The notes under the pieces were generated by a model. It saw only the letters and a program-made list of their open reading frames with translations, was not told where the DNA came from and made no database searches. From NCBI GenBank assembly GCA_963695625.1, contig CAVOHJ010000004.1:381743-445742 (forward strand): 64,000 bases of DNA, read 5' to 3'. Of this stretch, positions 26,264 to 36,568 are shown piece after piece. Position 1 is the first letter of the stretch; each line of letters opens with the position of its first letter. The translations under genes were made by a program, and so were the position numbers. This stretch comes from an uncultured Actinomycetota bacterium (lineage in GTDB: Bacteria; Actinomycetota; Thermoleophilia; Solirubrobacterales; Solirubrobacteraceae).

Positions 26264-28066
26264 GTGATCGCCGCGCGCAACCTCGTCAACCTCAAGTCGG
26301 TCGCCAAGGGCTACGGCAGCCGCTCGGTGCTGCGCGACGTGACCCTGGGCGTCAACGAGGGCGAGCGCATCGGGGTGGTGGGAGACAACGGGGCCGGCAA
26401 GTCGACCCTGCTGCGTCTGCTCGCCGGCGCCGAGGCGCCCGACGCCGGGATCGCCACGCTCACCACCGGGCTGCACGCGGTCCTCATCGCCCAGGGCGTG
26501 GACCTCGATCCGGACGGCACGGTGCGCGCGGAGCTGATCGGCCACCGGCCGGACCACGAATGGGCGCGCGATGCCGCCCTCCGCGAGGTCCTCGACGGCC
26601 TCCTCGGCGGCGTGGCCGTGACGCGGTTTCCACACGGTCTGGAGACGCCCACGCGGCAGCTGTCCGGCGGCGAGCAGCGCCGCGTCATGCTCGCCCGCGC
26701 CCTGCTGGAGGCTCCGGAGCTGCTGCTGCTCGACGAGCCCACCAACCATCTCGACATCGAAGGGATCGCGTGGCTGGCCTCATTCCTGGCCGGCCATCGC
26801 GGCACGCTCGCGGTCATCACCCACGACCGGTGGTTCCTGGACGCGGTCTGCGACCGGACCTGGGAGGTCGCCGGTGGCGGCGTCTACCAATACGACGGCG
26901 GCTATTCGGCGTACGTGCTCGCGCGCGCCGAGCGCGACCGGCAGGCTGCGGCGCGCGAGGACAGGCGCCGCCAGCTGGTGCGCAAGGAGCTGGCGTGGCT
27001 GCGCCGGGGGCCGCCCGCGCGCACGTCCAAGCCGAAGTTCCGCATCGACGCGGCCAATGCGCTCATCGCCGACGAGCCGCCGGCGCGCGACACGGTGGAG
27101 CTCCTGCGCTTCGCCACCGCGCGGCTCGGAGACCGGGTGCTCGACGCGGTCGACGTGTCGGTGGCCTACGGCGAACGCCGGCTGCTCTCCCACGTCACCT
27201 GGCGGCTGGGGCCGGGGCAGAGGGCGGCGGTGGTCGGCGCCAACGGCTCGGGCAAGACGACGCTCCTCCGTCTCCTGGCAGGCGATCGGGCGCCGGACGC
27301 GGGCGAGGTGCAGCGCGGCGCCACGGTCAAGCTGGCCGAGCTCTCGCAGGACACCGCCGAGCTCCCGCCCGGCCTGCGCGTCGTCGAGGCGCTGGCCGAG
27401 GTCCGCGGCCGGGCGACCACGAGCGGCGGCGAGGAGCTCACTCCGGGCACGCTGGCGGAGCGGTTCGGCTTTCGCGGCGAGCGCCTGAGCACCCGCACCA
27501 GCGACCTGTCAGGCGGCGAGCGCCGCCGCCTCCAGCTCATGCGGCTGCTCCTCACCGAGCCCAACGTGCTGTTGCTCGACGAGCCCACCAACGACCTGGA
27601 CATCGACACGCTCAGGGCGCTGGAGGATCTGCTCGACGGCTGGCCGGGCACGCTGATCGTCGTCACCCATGACCGCTACTTCGCCGAGCGCGTATGTGAC
27701 GACGTGTTCGCGCTCATGGGCGACGGGGGGCTGCGCCACCTCCCGGGAGGCGTCGATCAGTACCTCGAGCTCCGGGCCGAGGCGACCGCGGTGCCGGCTG
27801 CCTCCAGCTCCGAGCGGTCGCCCCGCCGTCCGGGCGCACCGAGCCCGGGCGCCCAGCGCCGGGCGGCGCAGAAGGAGCTCGCTCGGGTGGAGCGCGAGCT
27901 CGAGCGCGCCGAGCGCCGCGACGCGGAGCTCCAGGCGGAGATGGTCGCGGCGGCCACCGATGCCGCGCGCCTGGACGAGCTCACGCGCGAGCTCGGCGCG
28001 GTGGCCTCGGACCGCGAGCGGCTGGAGGCATCGTGGCTCGAGCTGTCCGAGAGCCTCGAAGGCTGA
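26264..28066 (+). CDS. ABC-F family ATPase (two ABC cassettes, no TM domain)
   Basis: Walker A GDNGAGKST and GANGSGKTT, signatures LSGGEQRR and LSGGERRR, inter-domain linker, coiled-coil C-terminal tail. Confidence 0.92.
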   Translation: MIAARNLVNLKSVAKGYGSRSVLRDVTLGVNEGERIGVVGDNGAGKSTLLRLLAGAEAPDAGIATLTTGLHAVLIAQGVDLDPDGTVRAELIGHRPDHEWARDAALREVLDGLLGGVAVTRFPHGLETPTRQLSGGEQRRVMLARALLEAPELLLLDEPTNHLDIEGIAWLASFLAGHRGTLAVITHDRWFLDAVCDRTWEVAGGGVYQYDGGYSAYVLARAERDRQAAAREDRRRQLVRKELAWLRRGPPARTSKPKFRIDAANALIADEPPARDTVELLRFATARLGDRVLDAVDVSVAYGERRLLSHVTWRLGPGQRAAVVGANGSGKTTLLRLLAGDRAPDAGEVQRGATVKLAELSQDTAELPPGLRVVEALAEVRGRATTSGGEELTPGTLAERFGFRGERLSTRTSDLSGGERRRLQLMRLLLTEPNVLLLDEPTNDLDIDTLRALEDLLDGWPGTLIVVTHDRYFAERVCDDVFALMGDGGLRHLPGGVDQYLELRAEATAVPAASSSERSPRRPGAPSPGAQRRAAQKELARVERELERAERRDAELQAEMVAAATDAARLDELTRELGAVASDRERLEASWLELSESLEG

Positions 28067-28095
28067 CGCAAGTGTGCGATGCTCGGGCGCAGGCC

Positions 28096-29151
28096 ATGAG
28101 GTCACGCGTCACCAGCCCGCTGCTCCTCGTCGGCAGCCTGCCCGCCGAGTCCACCGATGCGGCCCTGCGGGCCGGCGCCAACCTGTTCGGCGACCTCGTG
28201 TTCGCGCTGCCCGACGGCGAGACCGGTGCCCGGGCGGCGTGGGTGAGCTACGAGCGCGAACAGCTGGCTCGGCCCAACCCCGACGTCGTGGTGGTGCACG
28301 AGACCGAGTCCCCCACCGGCCGTCCCCGCCACGCCTACGAGACACCGGTGTTCGGGATCCGCCCCGGGGTCAGCGAGCTGCATTTCGACTCCTGGCCCCG
28401 GATCGATGACGCCATCGCCTCCTACCAGGAGTTCAAGGCGCTCAAGGAGGACGGCGTCATCCCCGCGGGGCTTCGCTTTCAGGTGGGCCTGCCCTTCCCG
28501 TCCAGCGCGCTGAACGCGTTCAAGGCCGACTTCGCCGGCGATTACCCGGTCGCCGAGCGGGGCTTCGAGAAGCTCGTGGCCCGCGAGATCGTCCGCCTGA
28601 CGGATGCCATCCCGTCGCAGGAACTGGCCATCCAATGGGACCTCGCCTACGAGACCCAGGACATCGAAGGCGTGCTGGCCTGGACCGCCGAGGGTGCGTG
28701 GGAGCGATTCGCCCGGCCGGTCACCACGCTCACCCCGCTCATCCCCGACGAGGTGCTGGTCGGCTACCACCTCTGCTACGGCACCTTCCCCGAGTGGCCT
28801 ATGTACGAGGCCCGCGACTACGGGGTGCTCGTCCGCATGGCGAATTTCGCGGTGGCCAACTCGGGCCGCGTCGTCGACTGGCTGCATCTGGCCGGTCCGC
28901 GCTACCTGCGCAGCGAGGACCGCAGCTTCTTCCGCCCGCTCGTGGACCTCGAGCCCGGGCCGGCGCGCGTGTTCCTGGGCATCGTGCTCCCGCTGGACGG
29001 CGTCCCGGGCCTCGAGCGCCGGCATGCCACGGCGTCGCGCTACATCTCAGACTTCGGCGTGGCCATGTACTGCGGGTTCGGCCGCCAGCCGGGTGAGGAC
29101 GGGATGGAGACCATGCGCGAGCACAGCCGCGTCGTCCGCTCCCTGGGCTGA
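28096..29151 (+). CDS. Hypothetical protein (351 aa), possibly MetE/UROD-like TIM-barrel fold
   Basis: Clear coding signal. ...LLLVGSLPAES... start and ...VGYHLCYGTF... suggest cobalamin-independent methionine-synthase-like proteins, but I cannot confirm the family. Confidence 0.6.
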   Translation: MRSRVTSPLLLVGSLPAESTDAALRAGANLFGDLVFALPDGETGARAAWVSYEREQLARPNPDVVVVHETESPTGRPRHAYETPVFGIRPGVSELHFDSWPRIDDAIASYQEFKALKEDGVIPAGLRFQVGLPFPSSALNAFKADFAGDYPVAERGFEKLVAREIVRLTDAIPSQELAIQWDLAYETQDIEGVLAWTAEGAWERFARPVTTLTPLIPDEVLVGYHLCYGTFPEWPMYEARDYGVLVRMANFAVANSGRVVDWLHLAGPRYLRSEDRSFFRPLVDLEPGPARVFLGIVLPLDGVPGLERRHATASRYISDFGVAMYCGFGRQPGEDGMETMREHSRVVRSLG

Positions 29152-31143
29152 CCCACCATCGCGCGAGGCGGACGGGTCGAGCCTCGCGCACAACGCGGCG
29201 ATGACCTCGGGGTCGAACTGCGTCCCGGCGCAGCGGCGCAGCTCGGCCAGGGCGTCGGGCACGGTACGCGCGGTCTGGTAGCAGCGATCCGAGGTCATGG
29301 CGTCGAACGCATCGCAGGCGGCGATGATCCGCGCTCCCAGAGGGATGGAGGCGCCGGCGAGCCCGTCGGGGTAGCCGCCACCGTCCCAGCGCTCGTGGCT
29401 GGCCCTGACCAGGCGCGCCACCGGCTGAAGCACGGGGTCCGCGTTGAGGATCCGCTCGCCGATGGCGGAGTGCTGGCGCATGAGGCGCCACTCGTCTTCG
29501 TCAAGGGGGCCCCGCTTGTCGAGGATGGCGTCGGGGATGCCCAGCTTGCCCACGTCGTGCAGCTCGGCGGCGCGCAGCAGCTCGTCGAGCTGGTCGCCAT
29601 CCAGGCCGAAGTCGGCGCCGAGGTCGCGGACGAGCTGGCCCACGCCATGGACGTGATAATGCAGATCCGGGGTGCGCTCGGTGAGCACCTGCATGAGTAC
29701 CTCGTGGGTGCGCGGCGGGGTGCTGCGGCTGGTGCGGATCTTGGCCGCGTACATGCGCTGGTCGGCCAGCTGCAGGGCGGCGGTAGTGGTGGCCGCCTCG
29801 TCAGGGATGGTGGCCAGGCCGTGCGCGGCGCTGACGCTGAACGTGCTGCCCTCCTCCCTGAGCGCGGTCGTCGCGGCTTTGATCAGCGCGTCATCGCGGG
29901 CCACGCGGCCATTGAGGAGCAGGCAGAACTCGTCGCCGCCCAGTCGGTAGGCCTCTCCGTGAGCGCCGATGGCGTCGCGCAACGCCGCGCCCAGCCGGGC
30001 GAGGAGCGCGTCGCCCGCGGCATGGCCGAAGGTGTCGTTGTAGCGCTTGAAGCCGTTGAGGTCGAAGAACACGAGCGTGCGCGGGTGGCCCTCGTCAGCG
30101 ACCGCGACAGCCTCCTCGAGATCGCGCAGCAGTCGCCGCCGGTTGCCCAGTCCGCTGAGCCCGTCGGTGACGGCGTCCTCGGCACTGCGGCGCAGCATCC
30201 GCACGTTCTCCATGTAGGTCATGAGCGCCCGGGCGACTCCGAGCAGGATCGTGGCCGCCGCCAGCGCGACCGCGACGGGGGTGACGTGCGCGAAGGCGGC
30301 GTCGACGAGCAACCCGAGCACGGCGGTCACCGACAGGAGCGGGAGAACGATCGACTGGAAGGCGACGTTGCGCGTGGCGGTGCGACGCTTCATCGGCTGC
30401 CAGGCGGCCACGGCAAACATGGCCATGGCCGCGGGCCATGTGGTGTCCAGGATGCCCCCCGCGACGTAGGTCCCCTTGGCCGCCTGGTAGGTGAAGACGA
30501 GGTCGGCGACGGACTCCAGGACCAGCGCGAGCCCCAGCCACGCCCACACGCGATCGGGGCGCCAGGACGACAGGCCGAAGGCCACGGCGACGAACACCAG
30601 CAGCGTCACGTCGCCCAGGGGGTAGGCGAGGTTGACGGCGTCCTCGATGGTGCGCCCGTGGCTGACCGCCAGCACGGTCGGCAGGATGAGTCCTGTTCCG
30701 ACGGCGGCGAGCGCGAGCGCCACGACGCCGCCGTCGAGCCACTGCTCGGCTGCGACATGCCCGCGGTGTGAGCGGATCAGCAGCATCAGCGCCGCGTACG
30801 TCGACGGGTACATGGCCAGGTACAGCCAGTCGGCGATCGACGGAACCGGCGGATCGGCGAGGTTGTTGAGCCACAGCGTCCACACCAGGTCTCCGGCCGT
30901 CCAGGTGAGCAGCCCGACGGCGATGAGCCCCCACGCCCAGCGGTCCTCGCGGCGACGCCACACCCGCGCGGCGCAGATGGCCACGGCGAGGATCTCGGCG
31001 GCGGTGTAGATCCAGTTCTTGGCGAACGCCTCCATGCCGACGCCCCCGAAACCCAGCAGGGCGTGCGCCGCGTGGAAGCCGACGGCCAGCCACATCGCGG
31101 CAAACGCGAGGGTCAGGAGCGGGTGTCGAGGTGATGTGCGCAT
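29047..31143 (-). CDS. Integral-membrane sensor with GGDEF diguanylate cyclase and HD-GYP phosphodiesterase domains
   Basis: About 8-9 N-terminal TM helices. GLGNRR...FFDLNGFKRYND...YRLGGDEFCLLL (GGDEF). HDVGKLGIPD and HERWDGGGYPDGL (HD-GYP). The 3' tail overlaps the convergent gene by 105 nt. Confidence 0.9.
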   Translation of the reverse strand: MRTSPRHPLLTLAFAAMWLAVGFHAAHALLGFGGVGMEAFAKNWIYTAAEILAVAICAARVWRRREDRWAWGLIAVGLLTWTAGDLVWTLWLNNLADPPVPSIADWLYLAMYPSTYAALMLLIRSHRGHVAAEQWLDGGVVALALAAVGTGLILPTVLAVSHGRTIEDAVNLAYPLGDVTLLVFVAVAFGLSSWRPDRVWAWLGLALVLESVADLVFTYQAAKGTYVAGGILDTTWPAAMAMFAVAAWQPMKRRTATRNVAFQSIVLPLLSVTAVLGLLVDAAFAHVTPVAVALAAATILLGVARALMTYMENVRMLRRSAEDAVTDGLSGLGNRRRLLRDLEEAVAVADEGHPRTLVFFDLNGFKRYNDTFGHAAGDALLARLGAALRDAIGAHGEAYRLGGDEFCLLLNGRVARDDALIKAATTALREEGSTFSVSAAHGLATIPDEAATTTAALQLADQRMYAAKIRTSRSTPPRTHEVLMQVLTERTPDLHYHVHGVGQLVRDLGADFGLDGDQLDELLRAAELHDVGKLGIPDAILDKRGPLDEDEWRLMRQHSAIGERILNADPVLQPVARLVRASHERWDGGGYPDGLAGASIPLGARIIAACDAFDAMTSDRCYQTARTVPDALAELRRCAGTQFDPEVIAALCARLDPSASRDGGSAQGADDAAVLAHGLHPVLTRLAAEPAVHGHAEV

Positions 31144-31362
31144 GAACCCGTGCCGCCCCGGGGCACGGACCATCGGGCGCGACCCACAATGTATCGGCGC
31201 CGCAACGGCGCAACTCAAACGCCTCGCCCGCGAGCCGTCCACAGGCGCAGAGATGACGGACGGCGTGTGCCGCCCGTCATCGCGCCGGGCCCCGTTGTCC
31301 GGCGGCCTGGCACCGCCCCCAAAAGAGGGGAAACGGGGGCGGTCCAGGGCCAGGGAAGCCCG

Positions 31363-32001
31363 TCAGCCGTGGTTGAACGGCGCCACCATCGGGTTGGTGC
31401 CGGTGTAGATCCCGGTGTAGTTCGGGTACCAGACCCAGAAGTGGAGCGTGATCAGGCGCGGGTGCCAGAAGTTGAACTTCGCGCCCGACCCCGGCGCCGT
31501 CGTGGCGCACTTGGACTGGGAGTCCGCGAACACGACGGTGCCGTCGTCGTAGTGGCAGGCCGCGCCGAAGACGCCGTACTTGGCGCCGGGCAGGGGCGCC
31601 TTGGCCGGCATCGAGGTGAACACCCACTCCAACGCTCCCAGCTGCCAGCCGTGGGCCGTGTGCTCGTAAACCAGGATCGGCGGCTTGCGCACGTCAAAGC
31701 CGGTGATCTTGGGGTTGATGAAGTGGTAGCCCATGTTGGGGATCATCTTGGTGAGGATGCCGTAGCCGTCGGCCTTGGCCCGCGCCAGGTTGGTGGCGTA
31801 CTTGGCGGTCGCCATCCGGGCCGCGACGAGGTTCGCGGTCACCGCCGACCCGCTCGCGGGGACCGCGGCCGGCACCGGCGCGGGCGCTGTCTGCGGCGCG
31901 ACGGCGCTGGTGTTCGGCCGGCCCGATGCCGAGGCGGCCATTCCGATCGCCACGCTCGCCACCGCAGCGGCCAGCATGGCTCCGATCAACATGCGACGCA
32001 T
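31363..32001 (-). CDS. Secreted hypothetical protein (212 aa)
   Basis: AAGGAG RBS, signal peptide MRRMLIGAMLAAAVASVAIGMAASASG, Pro/Ala linker, then an aromatic-rich domain (WHPRLITLHFWVWYPNYTG). No family recognised. Confidence 0.7.
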   Translation of the reverse strand: MRRMLIGAMLAAAVASVAIGMAASASGRPNTSAVAPQTAPAPVPAAVPASGSAVTANLVAARMATAKYATNLARAKADGYGILTKMIPNMGYHFINPKITGFDVRKPPILVYEHTAHGWQLGALEWVFTSMPAKAPLPGAKYGVFGAACHYDDGTVVFADSQSKCATTAPGSGAKFNFWHPRLITLHFWVWYPNYTGIYTGTNPMVAPFNHG

Positions 32002-32258
32002 GAGGTGCTCCTTGCTTGAGGGAGGTGCGGATGGGCCGACCGACCCCGCGGCCCATTCGTTCTGTCGCATGTCAACCTAAGAACCGCCGCCGCTGGGCGC
32101 ATCGGGAGGACTCCCTATGTTGGGCGGGAGCCCTCCCTATCTTGCGCTGGGCCCGGTTTCAGCCGGTCAGCGTGGCGGCGACCTGTCAACGCCGCGCCAG
32201 CAGACGGGAATCCGGCCATTTGGGCGCGGTCGGCTCAACATGCGCGCGGTCGCGGTCG

Positions 32259-34187
32259 ATGCCTGGCTCTGTGATCGACGGCATGCTCACCCCACCCACG
32301 ACCGACCCGACGGCGGCCCTGGCGTGCGACGAGACTGCGCGCCTGCGCCGGCTCGTGGCCTCGCACAACCGGCTGCACGAGCTGATCGCGCGCGACGCGC
32401 AGTTGGGCGATGTGCTCGCCGAGCTGGTGGAGGGGATCGAGGAGTACGAGCCGTCGGTGCTGGCGTGCGTCGTCCTCCTGGACCGGGAGACGAGCACCCT
32501 GCATCCGGGCGCCGGACCGTCTCTGCCGCCGCACTGGCTGGAGGCGATCGACGGCGTGGTCATCGGCCCCAACATCGGCAGCTGCGGGTCGGCGGCGTGG
32601 TCCGGCGAGCTCGCCATCAGCGCCGACATGAGGACGGATCCCAAGTGGGCGCCCGTCCGCGACTTCGCGGCCAGCTGCAACCTGCGCCACTGTTGGTCGA
32701 TGCCCATCAAGGGCGCGGACGGGCTGGTGCTGGGCACGTTCGCGCTATACGGCTCGCAACCCCGGTCGCCGCAACCCGAGCACATCACGCTCATGCAGGA
32801 CGGCGCCCGCCTGGCGGGGATCGCCATCGAGCGCCACCGCACGATGGAGCGCCTGATCCAGGACGCGCGCTATGACGGCCTCACCGGCCTGCCCAACCGC
32901 CGCGCCATCTTCGAGCGCCTCGAGCTGGCGCTGAGCCGCGCCGGCGCGAAGACCAAGGTGGCCACGCTGTTCGTCGACCTGGACGGCCTCAAGGCGCTCA
33001 ACGACAGCCTCGGCCACGACCGCGCCGACGACATGATCCGCGAGATCGCCCAGCGGCTGCGCCCGGTGCTGCGCGTGGACGATTTCGTCGGCCGCTTCGG
33101 AGGCGACGAGTTCATCGCCGTCGCCGAGGCGATCGGCGACCCCGACCAGGCGGCGGCGCTGGCGGCGCGGTTGCTCGAGGCCACCTCGGCGCCGCTGCGC
33201 GGACTCGACGGCACCGTCGTGACGGCCAGCATCGGGATCGCGCTGGTGGAGGGCGACACCGACGCCGCTGAGGCGATCCGGCGCGCCGACGCCGCCATGT
33301 ACCGCGCCAAGAATGCCGGACGCGATCGCTACGCCTTCTTCGCGGCCACCGATGCGGCGCTGCCCGAGCGCCGCCGCGCCGCGCTCACCCGCGAGCTGCG
33401 GCGGGCCGCGACCCACCACGAGCTGACACTGGCCTTCCAGCCGGTGTTCGATCTCCCCACCGGCGAGATCGTCGCCGTCGAGGCGCTCAGCCGCTGGACC
33501 TCGGCGGCCCTCGGCGAGGTGTCCCCGCGGGAGTTCATCCCCATCGCCGAGAACTGCGCGATGATCGCGCCGCTCGGTGCCTGGGCGCTGCGCGAGGCCT
33601 GCGAGACCGGGGCGCGCGTGACCGAGCTCACCGGGCGTGCGCTCGAGCTCGCCGTCAACGTGTCCGGGCACCAGCTGGCCAGGCCCGGATTCGCGCAGTC
33701 GGTCCACCAGACGCTGGCCCACGCCGGATTCCCGGCTGACCTGCTCACCCTCGAGGTGGCCGAGAGCGCCCTGATGCAGAGGGACGAGGTGACCGCCCGG
33801 ACGCTCGACGAGCTGCGGTCGCTCGGCGTCCGCCTCACGGTCGACGACTTCGGCGCCGGCGGCGCGTCGCTGACGAGCTTCGGCCGCCGTCCGGTCGACG
33901 GGATCAAGCTCGACCGCCAGTTCCTGGCCGGCCTCCCCGATGATGACGTCAGCTTCGCGGTCGTTTCCGCCATCAGCGGCATGGGCACGGCGCTCGGCAC
34001 CACCGTCACGGCCAAGGGCGTCGAGACCGAGGCCCAGCTCGTGTCGCTGCGCGCCATGGGGTGCGCGCGCGTCCAGGGGTTCCTCCTAGCCGAGCCGATG
34101 CGGGCCCGCGACCTGATCAGCCGTCTTCGCAGTGTCAGATATTCAAGTTTTGATCGTGTTCAATCGGGGGCGATCGGCCGCTCGTAG
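32259..34187 (+). CDS. GAF-GGDEF-EAL c-di-GMP turnover protein
   Basis: GAF-like N-terminus, GLPNRR...FGGDEFIAV (GGDEF), VEALSRW...DDFGAGGASL...KLDRQF (EAL). Start uncertain (ATG 32259 or 32283). Confidence 0.9.
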   Translation: MPGSVIDGMLTPPTTDPTAALACDETARLRRLVASHNRLHELIARDAQLGDVLAELVEGIEEYEPSVLACVVLLDRETSTLHPGAGPSLPPHWLEAIDGVVIGPNIGSCGSAAWSGELAISADMRTDPKWAPVRDFAASCNLRHCWSMPIKGADGLVLGTFALYGSQPRSPQPEHITLMQDGARLAGIAIERHRTMERLIQDARYDGLTGLPNRRAIFERLELALSRAGAKTKVATLFVDLDGLKALNDSLGHDRADDMIREIAQRLRPVLRVDDFVGRFGGDEFIAVAEAIGDPDQAAALAARLLEATSAPLRGLDGTVVTASIGIALVEGDTDAAEAIRRADAAMYRAKNAGRDRYAFFAATDAALPERRRAALTRELRRAATHHELTLAFQPVFDLPTGEIVAVEALSRWTSAALGEVSPREFIPIAENCAMIAPLGAWALREACETGARVTELTGRALELAVNVSGHQLARPGFAQSVHQTLAHAGFPADLLTLEVAESALMQRDEVTARTLDELRSLGVRLTVDDFGAGGASLTSFGRRPVDGIKLDRQFLAGLPDDDVSFAVVSAISGMGTALGTTVTAKGVETEAQLVSLRAMGCARVQGFLLAEPMRARDLISRLRSVRYSSFDRVQSGAIGRS

Positions 34188-35053
34188 ACGTCGAAGCGGA
34201 AGCGCGGCGCCATTCCGGCGGCCTCGTAGACGCGCAGCGCGCGCGGGTTATCCGAGGCCACGACGAGTTGGGCCTGCACGAGGCCGGCGGCGGCGAAGGC
34301 GGCGAAGCCACGGGTCAGCAGGGCCGTGCCGACGCCGCGCCGCTGATGGCCGGGCGACACCGCGAGCAGGTCGATATAGCCCGAGCCCTCGTGCTCCCAC
34401 CGGCGGGCGAGGAGGAAGCCGACGATCCGCTCCCCGTCATGCGCGACCAGGCTGAGGCTGGGCGCGACGTCATGGGCGCGGAGGTGGCTCTGGACGAACA
34501 GCTCGTAAGACTGGGGCACGTAGTCCGGTACGGATCCGAACGCGTCGGCGTCCAGCGCGTGCAGCGCCCGGGCGTCGCCGTCGAGGTCGATCTCCCGGAG
34601 AGTGAAGCCGGCGGGCAGGTCCGCGGCGATGACCCTCCGGTCAAGCGGCCGCGCCATGCGCCAGTAGCTACGCACCTGGACGTAGCCGGCGCGCTGGAGC
34701 AGGTCACGGGCGCGTGCGTTGGTGGAGGCGGCGATCTGCCGATGGGCGTCGCTGCCGCGCTCGCGCTCGCTCCGCTGCGCCCATGCAAGCAGGTGGGCTC
34801 CGACTCCCCGCCGCTCGTAGGCCGGGGCGACCACGGCGAACGTGCCCGGGCCGTGCACGATCGCGTAGCCGGCGATCGCGCCGTCGATCTCGACGAGGAT
34901 CGCGTCCCGCTGCAGGTCAACGTCGGGCGCGCGCCACTCCTCCTCGACCTCCTCCAGCCGGAACAGGGGCAGGCCCAGGTCGGCGGTGTGGCGCGCCACG
35001 AGCACGGCGAGCACGGCCTCAGCGTCGTGCCAGTCCGGTGCCCGAGTGCGCAC
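34160..35053 (-). CDS. Tandem GNAT N-acetyltransferase (MshD-like architecture)
   Basis: Two acetyl-CoA motifs, YERRGVGAHLL and HQRRGVGTALL. GTG start at 35053, immediately after the MocR stop. The Arg/Pro-rich upstream extension of the ORF-track model is rejected. Confidence 0.8.
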   Translation of the reverse strand: MRTRAPDWHDAEAVLAVLVARHTADLGLPLFRLEEVEEEWRAPDVDLQRDAILVEIDGAIAGYAIVHGPGTFAVVAPAYERRGVGAHLLAWAQRSERERGSDAHRQIAASTNARARDLLQRAGYVQVRSYWRMARPLDRRVIAADLPAGFTLREIDLDGDARALHALDADAFGSVPDYVPQSYELFVQSHLRAHDVAPSLSLVAHDGERIVGFLLARRWEHEGSGYIDLLAVSPGHQRRGVGTALLTRGFAAFAAAGLVQAQLVVASDNPRALRVYEAAGMAPRFRFDVYERPIAPD

Positions 35054-35058
35054 CTGAG

Positions 35059-36507
35059 TCAGGCTACCCAGCGCACGTCCGGCGAACCGGCCGGCGCGCG
35101 GGCGCCCAGTGCGCGGTCGGCGGCGGCGAGCCGGTGCACCGCCTCGGCCAGGCGCTCGGGCGGTTGGGTGAACGGCAGACGCAGCCGCTGCTCGAAGCCG
35201 CCGTCCACGCCGAACCGGGGCCCGGGGGCGACCCTGACGCCGTGGGCCACGCCGCGGGCGGCGAGCGCCGAGGCCGTCGTGCCCGCGGGTAGCTCCACCC
35301 AGAGCGCCATGCCCCCCGCCGGCCGGCTCACCCGCCACTGCGGGCGCTCGCTCGCCACCGCGCCCATCAGCGCGTCGCGGCGGTCGCGCAGCCACTCGCG
35401 GCGTGCCGGCAGCAGGGTGTCCAAGCGCCGCAGCACCTCGACGGCCATGAGCTGGTCGAGGATCGGGCTGCCGACGTCCTGGCCGGCGCGGGCCAGCGCC
35501 AGGCGGCGCACGAGCTGCGGCTCGCCCCGCAGCCAACCGGTGCGCAGGCCGCCCCAGACCGGCTTGGACAGCGAGCCGACGGCCAACACCCGGGTGCCGG
35601 AGTCCCCGTCAGCCAGCGACGGCGGCCGTTCGCCGGACGGGTGGCGCTCGAGGACCAGCTCCGCCAGGCTCTCGTCGCTGACCAGCAGCGTGCCGGCCGC
35701 GCGCGCCGCCCGGGCTACGGCCGCCCGCTCGCCGGCTGATGCCCAGAACCCCGTCGGGTTCTGGAAATCCGGGATGACGTAGCCGAGCACCGGTCGCGCG
35801 TCGCGGAGCGCCGCGCGCAGCAGCGCGAGGTCCCAGCCGTCCTCGCCCACCGGAACGCCGATGGGGACGCAGCCGTGGGCCCGCACCGCGTCCAGCGCCC
35901 CGGGGTAGGTGGGGGTCTCCAGCAGCACCCGGTCCCCGGGGCGCGCGAACGTGCGCAGCGCGAGGTCCCAGGCGTGCAGGGCTCCCTGGGTGACGAGCAC
36001 CTGGGCGGGGTCGGTGGCCAGGCCGCGGCCGCTGAGGTAGGCGGCGATGGCGGCCCGTACAGGCGGCAGTCCAAACGGCTCGTAGCCGTGTCCGCCGAGC
36101 TCCTGGGCGAGGCCCTGCGCCGCTTGGACCGCCAGCTCGGCGAGGTCGGGCGGCGCCGGCAGGTTGGCCAACGTCAGGTCGATCATGTCGCCGCTGGCAG
36201 GCCCGGGCTCGTCGGGCCGATCCTCGGGGAGGGGAGGCGAGGTGATCCAGCTGCCCCGGCCGCGGCGGGACGCCAGGTACCGCTGCCCGCGCAGGACGTC
36301 AAGCGCGGCGGTGACCGTGTTGCGCGAGAGCCCGAGGGCGGTGGCGAGCTCCCGCTCGGAGGGCAGCCGGGTGTAGGGCGGCAGCCGGCCCTCCACGATG
36401 AGGCCGCGTAGCGCCGCCGCGAGCGCCGGGTAGGCCACGCCGCCGCCGCGCCATTCGCCGAGCAGCCGGGTGAGATGGGGCGTCGCCAGGCGGCGGAGCG
36501 CCACCAC
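35059..36507 (-). CDS. MocR/PdxR-type regulator (GntR wHTH fused to an aminotransferase-like domain)
   Basis: wHTH ...LPSERELATALGLSRNTVTAALDVLRGQRYL..., then a fold-type I aminotransferase-like domain (...SLSKPVWGGLRTGW...). Start uncertain (GTG 36507/36504, or ATG 36591 which would overlap the divergent gene). Confidence 0.85.
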   Translation of the reverse strand: MVALRRLATPHLTRLLGEWRGGGVAYPALAAALRGLIVEGRLPPYTRLPSERELATALGLSRNTVTAALDVLRGQRYLASRRGRGSWITSPPLPEDRPDEPGPASGDMIDLTLANLPAPPDLAELAVQAAQGLAQELGGHGYEPFGLPPVRAAIAAYLSGRGLATDPAQVLVTQGALHAWDLALRTFARPGDRVLLETPTYPGALDAVRAHGCVPIGVPVGEDGWDLALLRAALRDARPVLGYVIPDFQNPTGFWASAGERAAVARAARAAGTLLVSDESLAELVLERHPSGERPPSLADGDSGTRVLAVGSLSKPVWGGLRTGWLRGEPQLVRRLALARAGQDVGSPILDQLMAVEVLRRLDTLLPARREWLRDRRDALMGAVASERPQWRVSRPAGGMALWVELPAGTTASALAARGVAHGVRVAPGPRFGVDGGFEQRLRLPFTQPPERLAEAVHRLAAADRALGARAPAGSPDVRWVA

Positions 36508-36568
36508 GGTGCCATCATCGTCAAATTGGCCCTGTTCGGAGGGTGCCAAGTCTGGCAGTCTAACTGTG

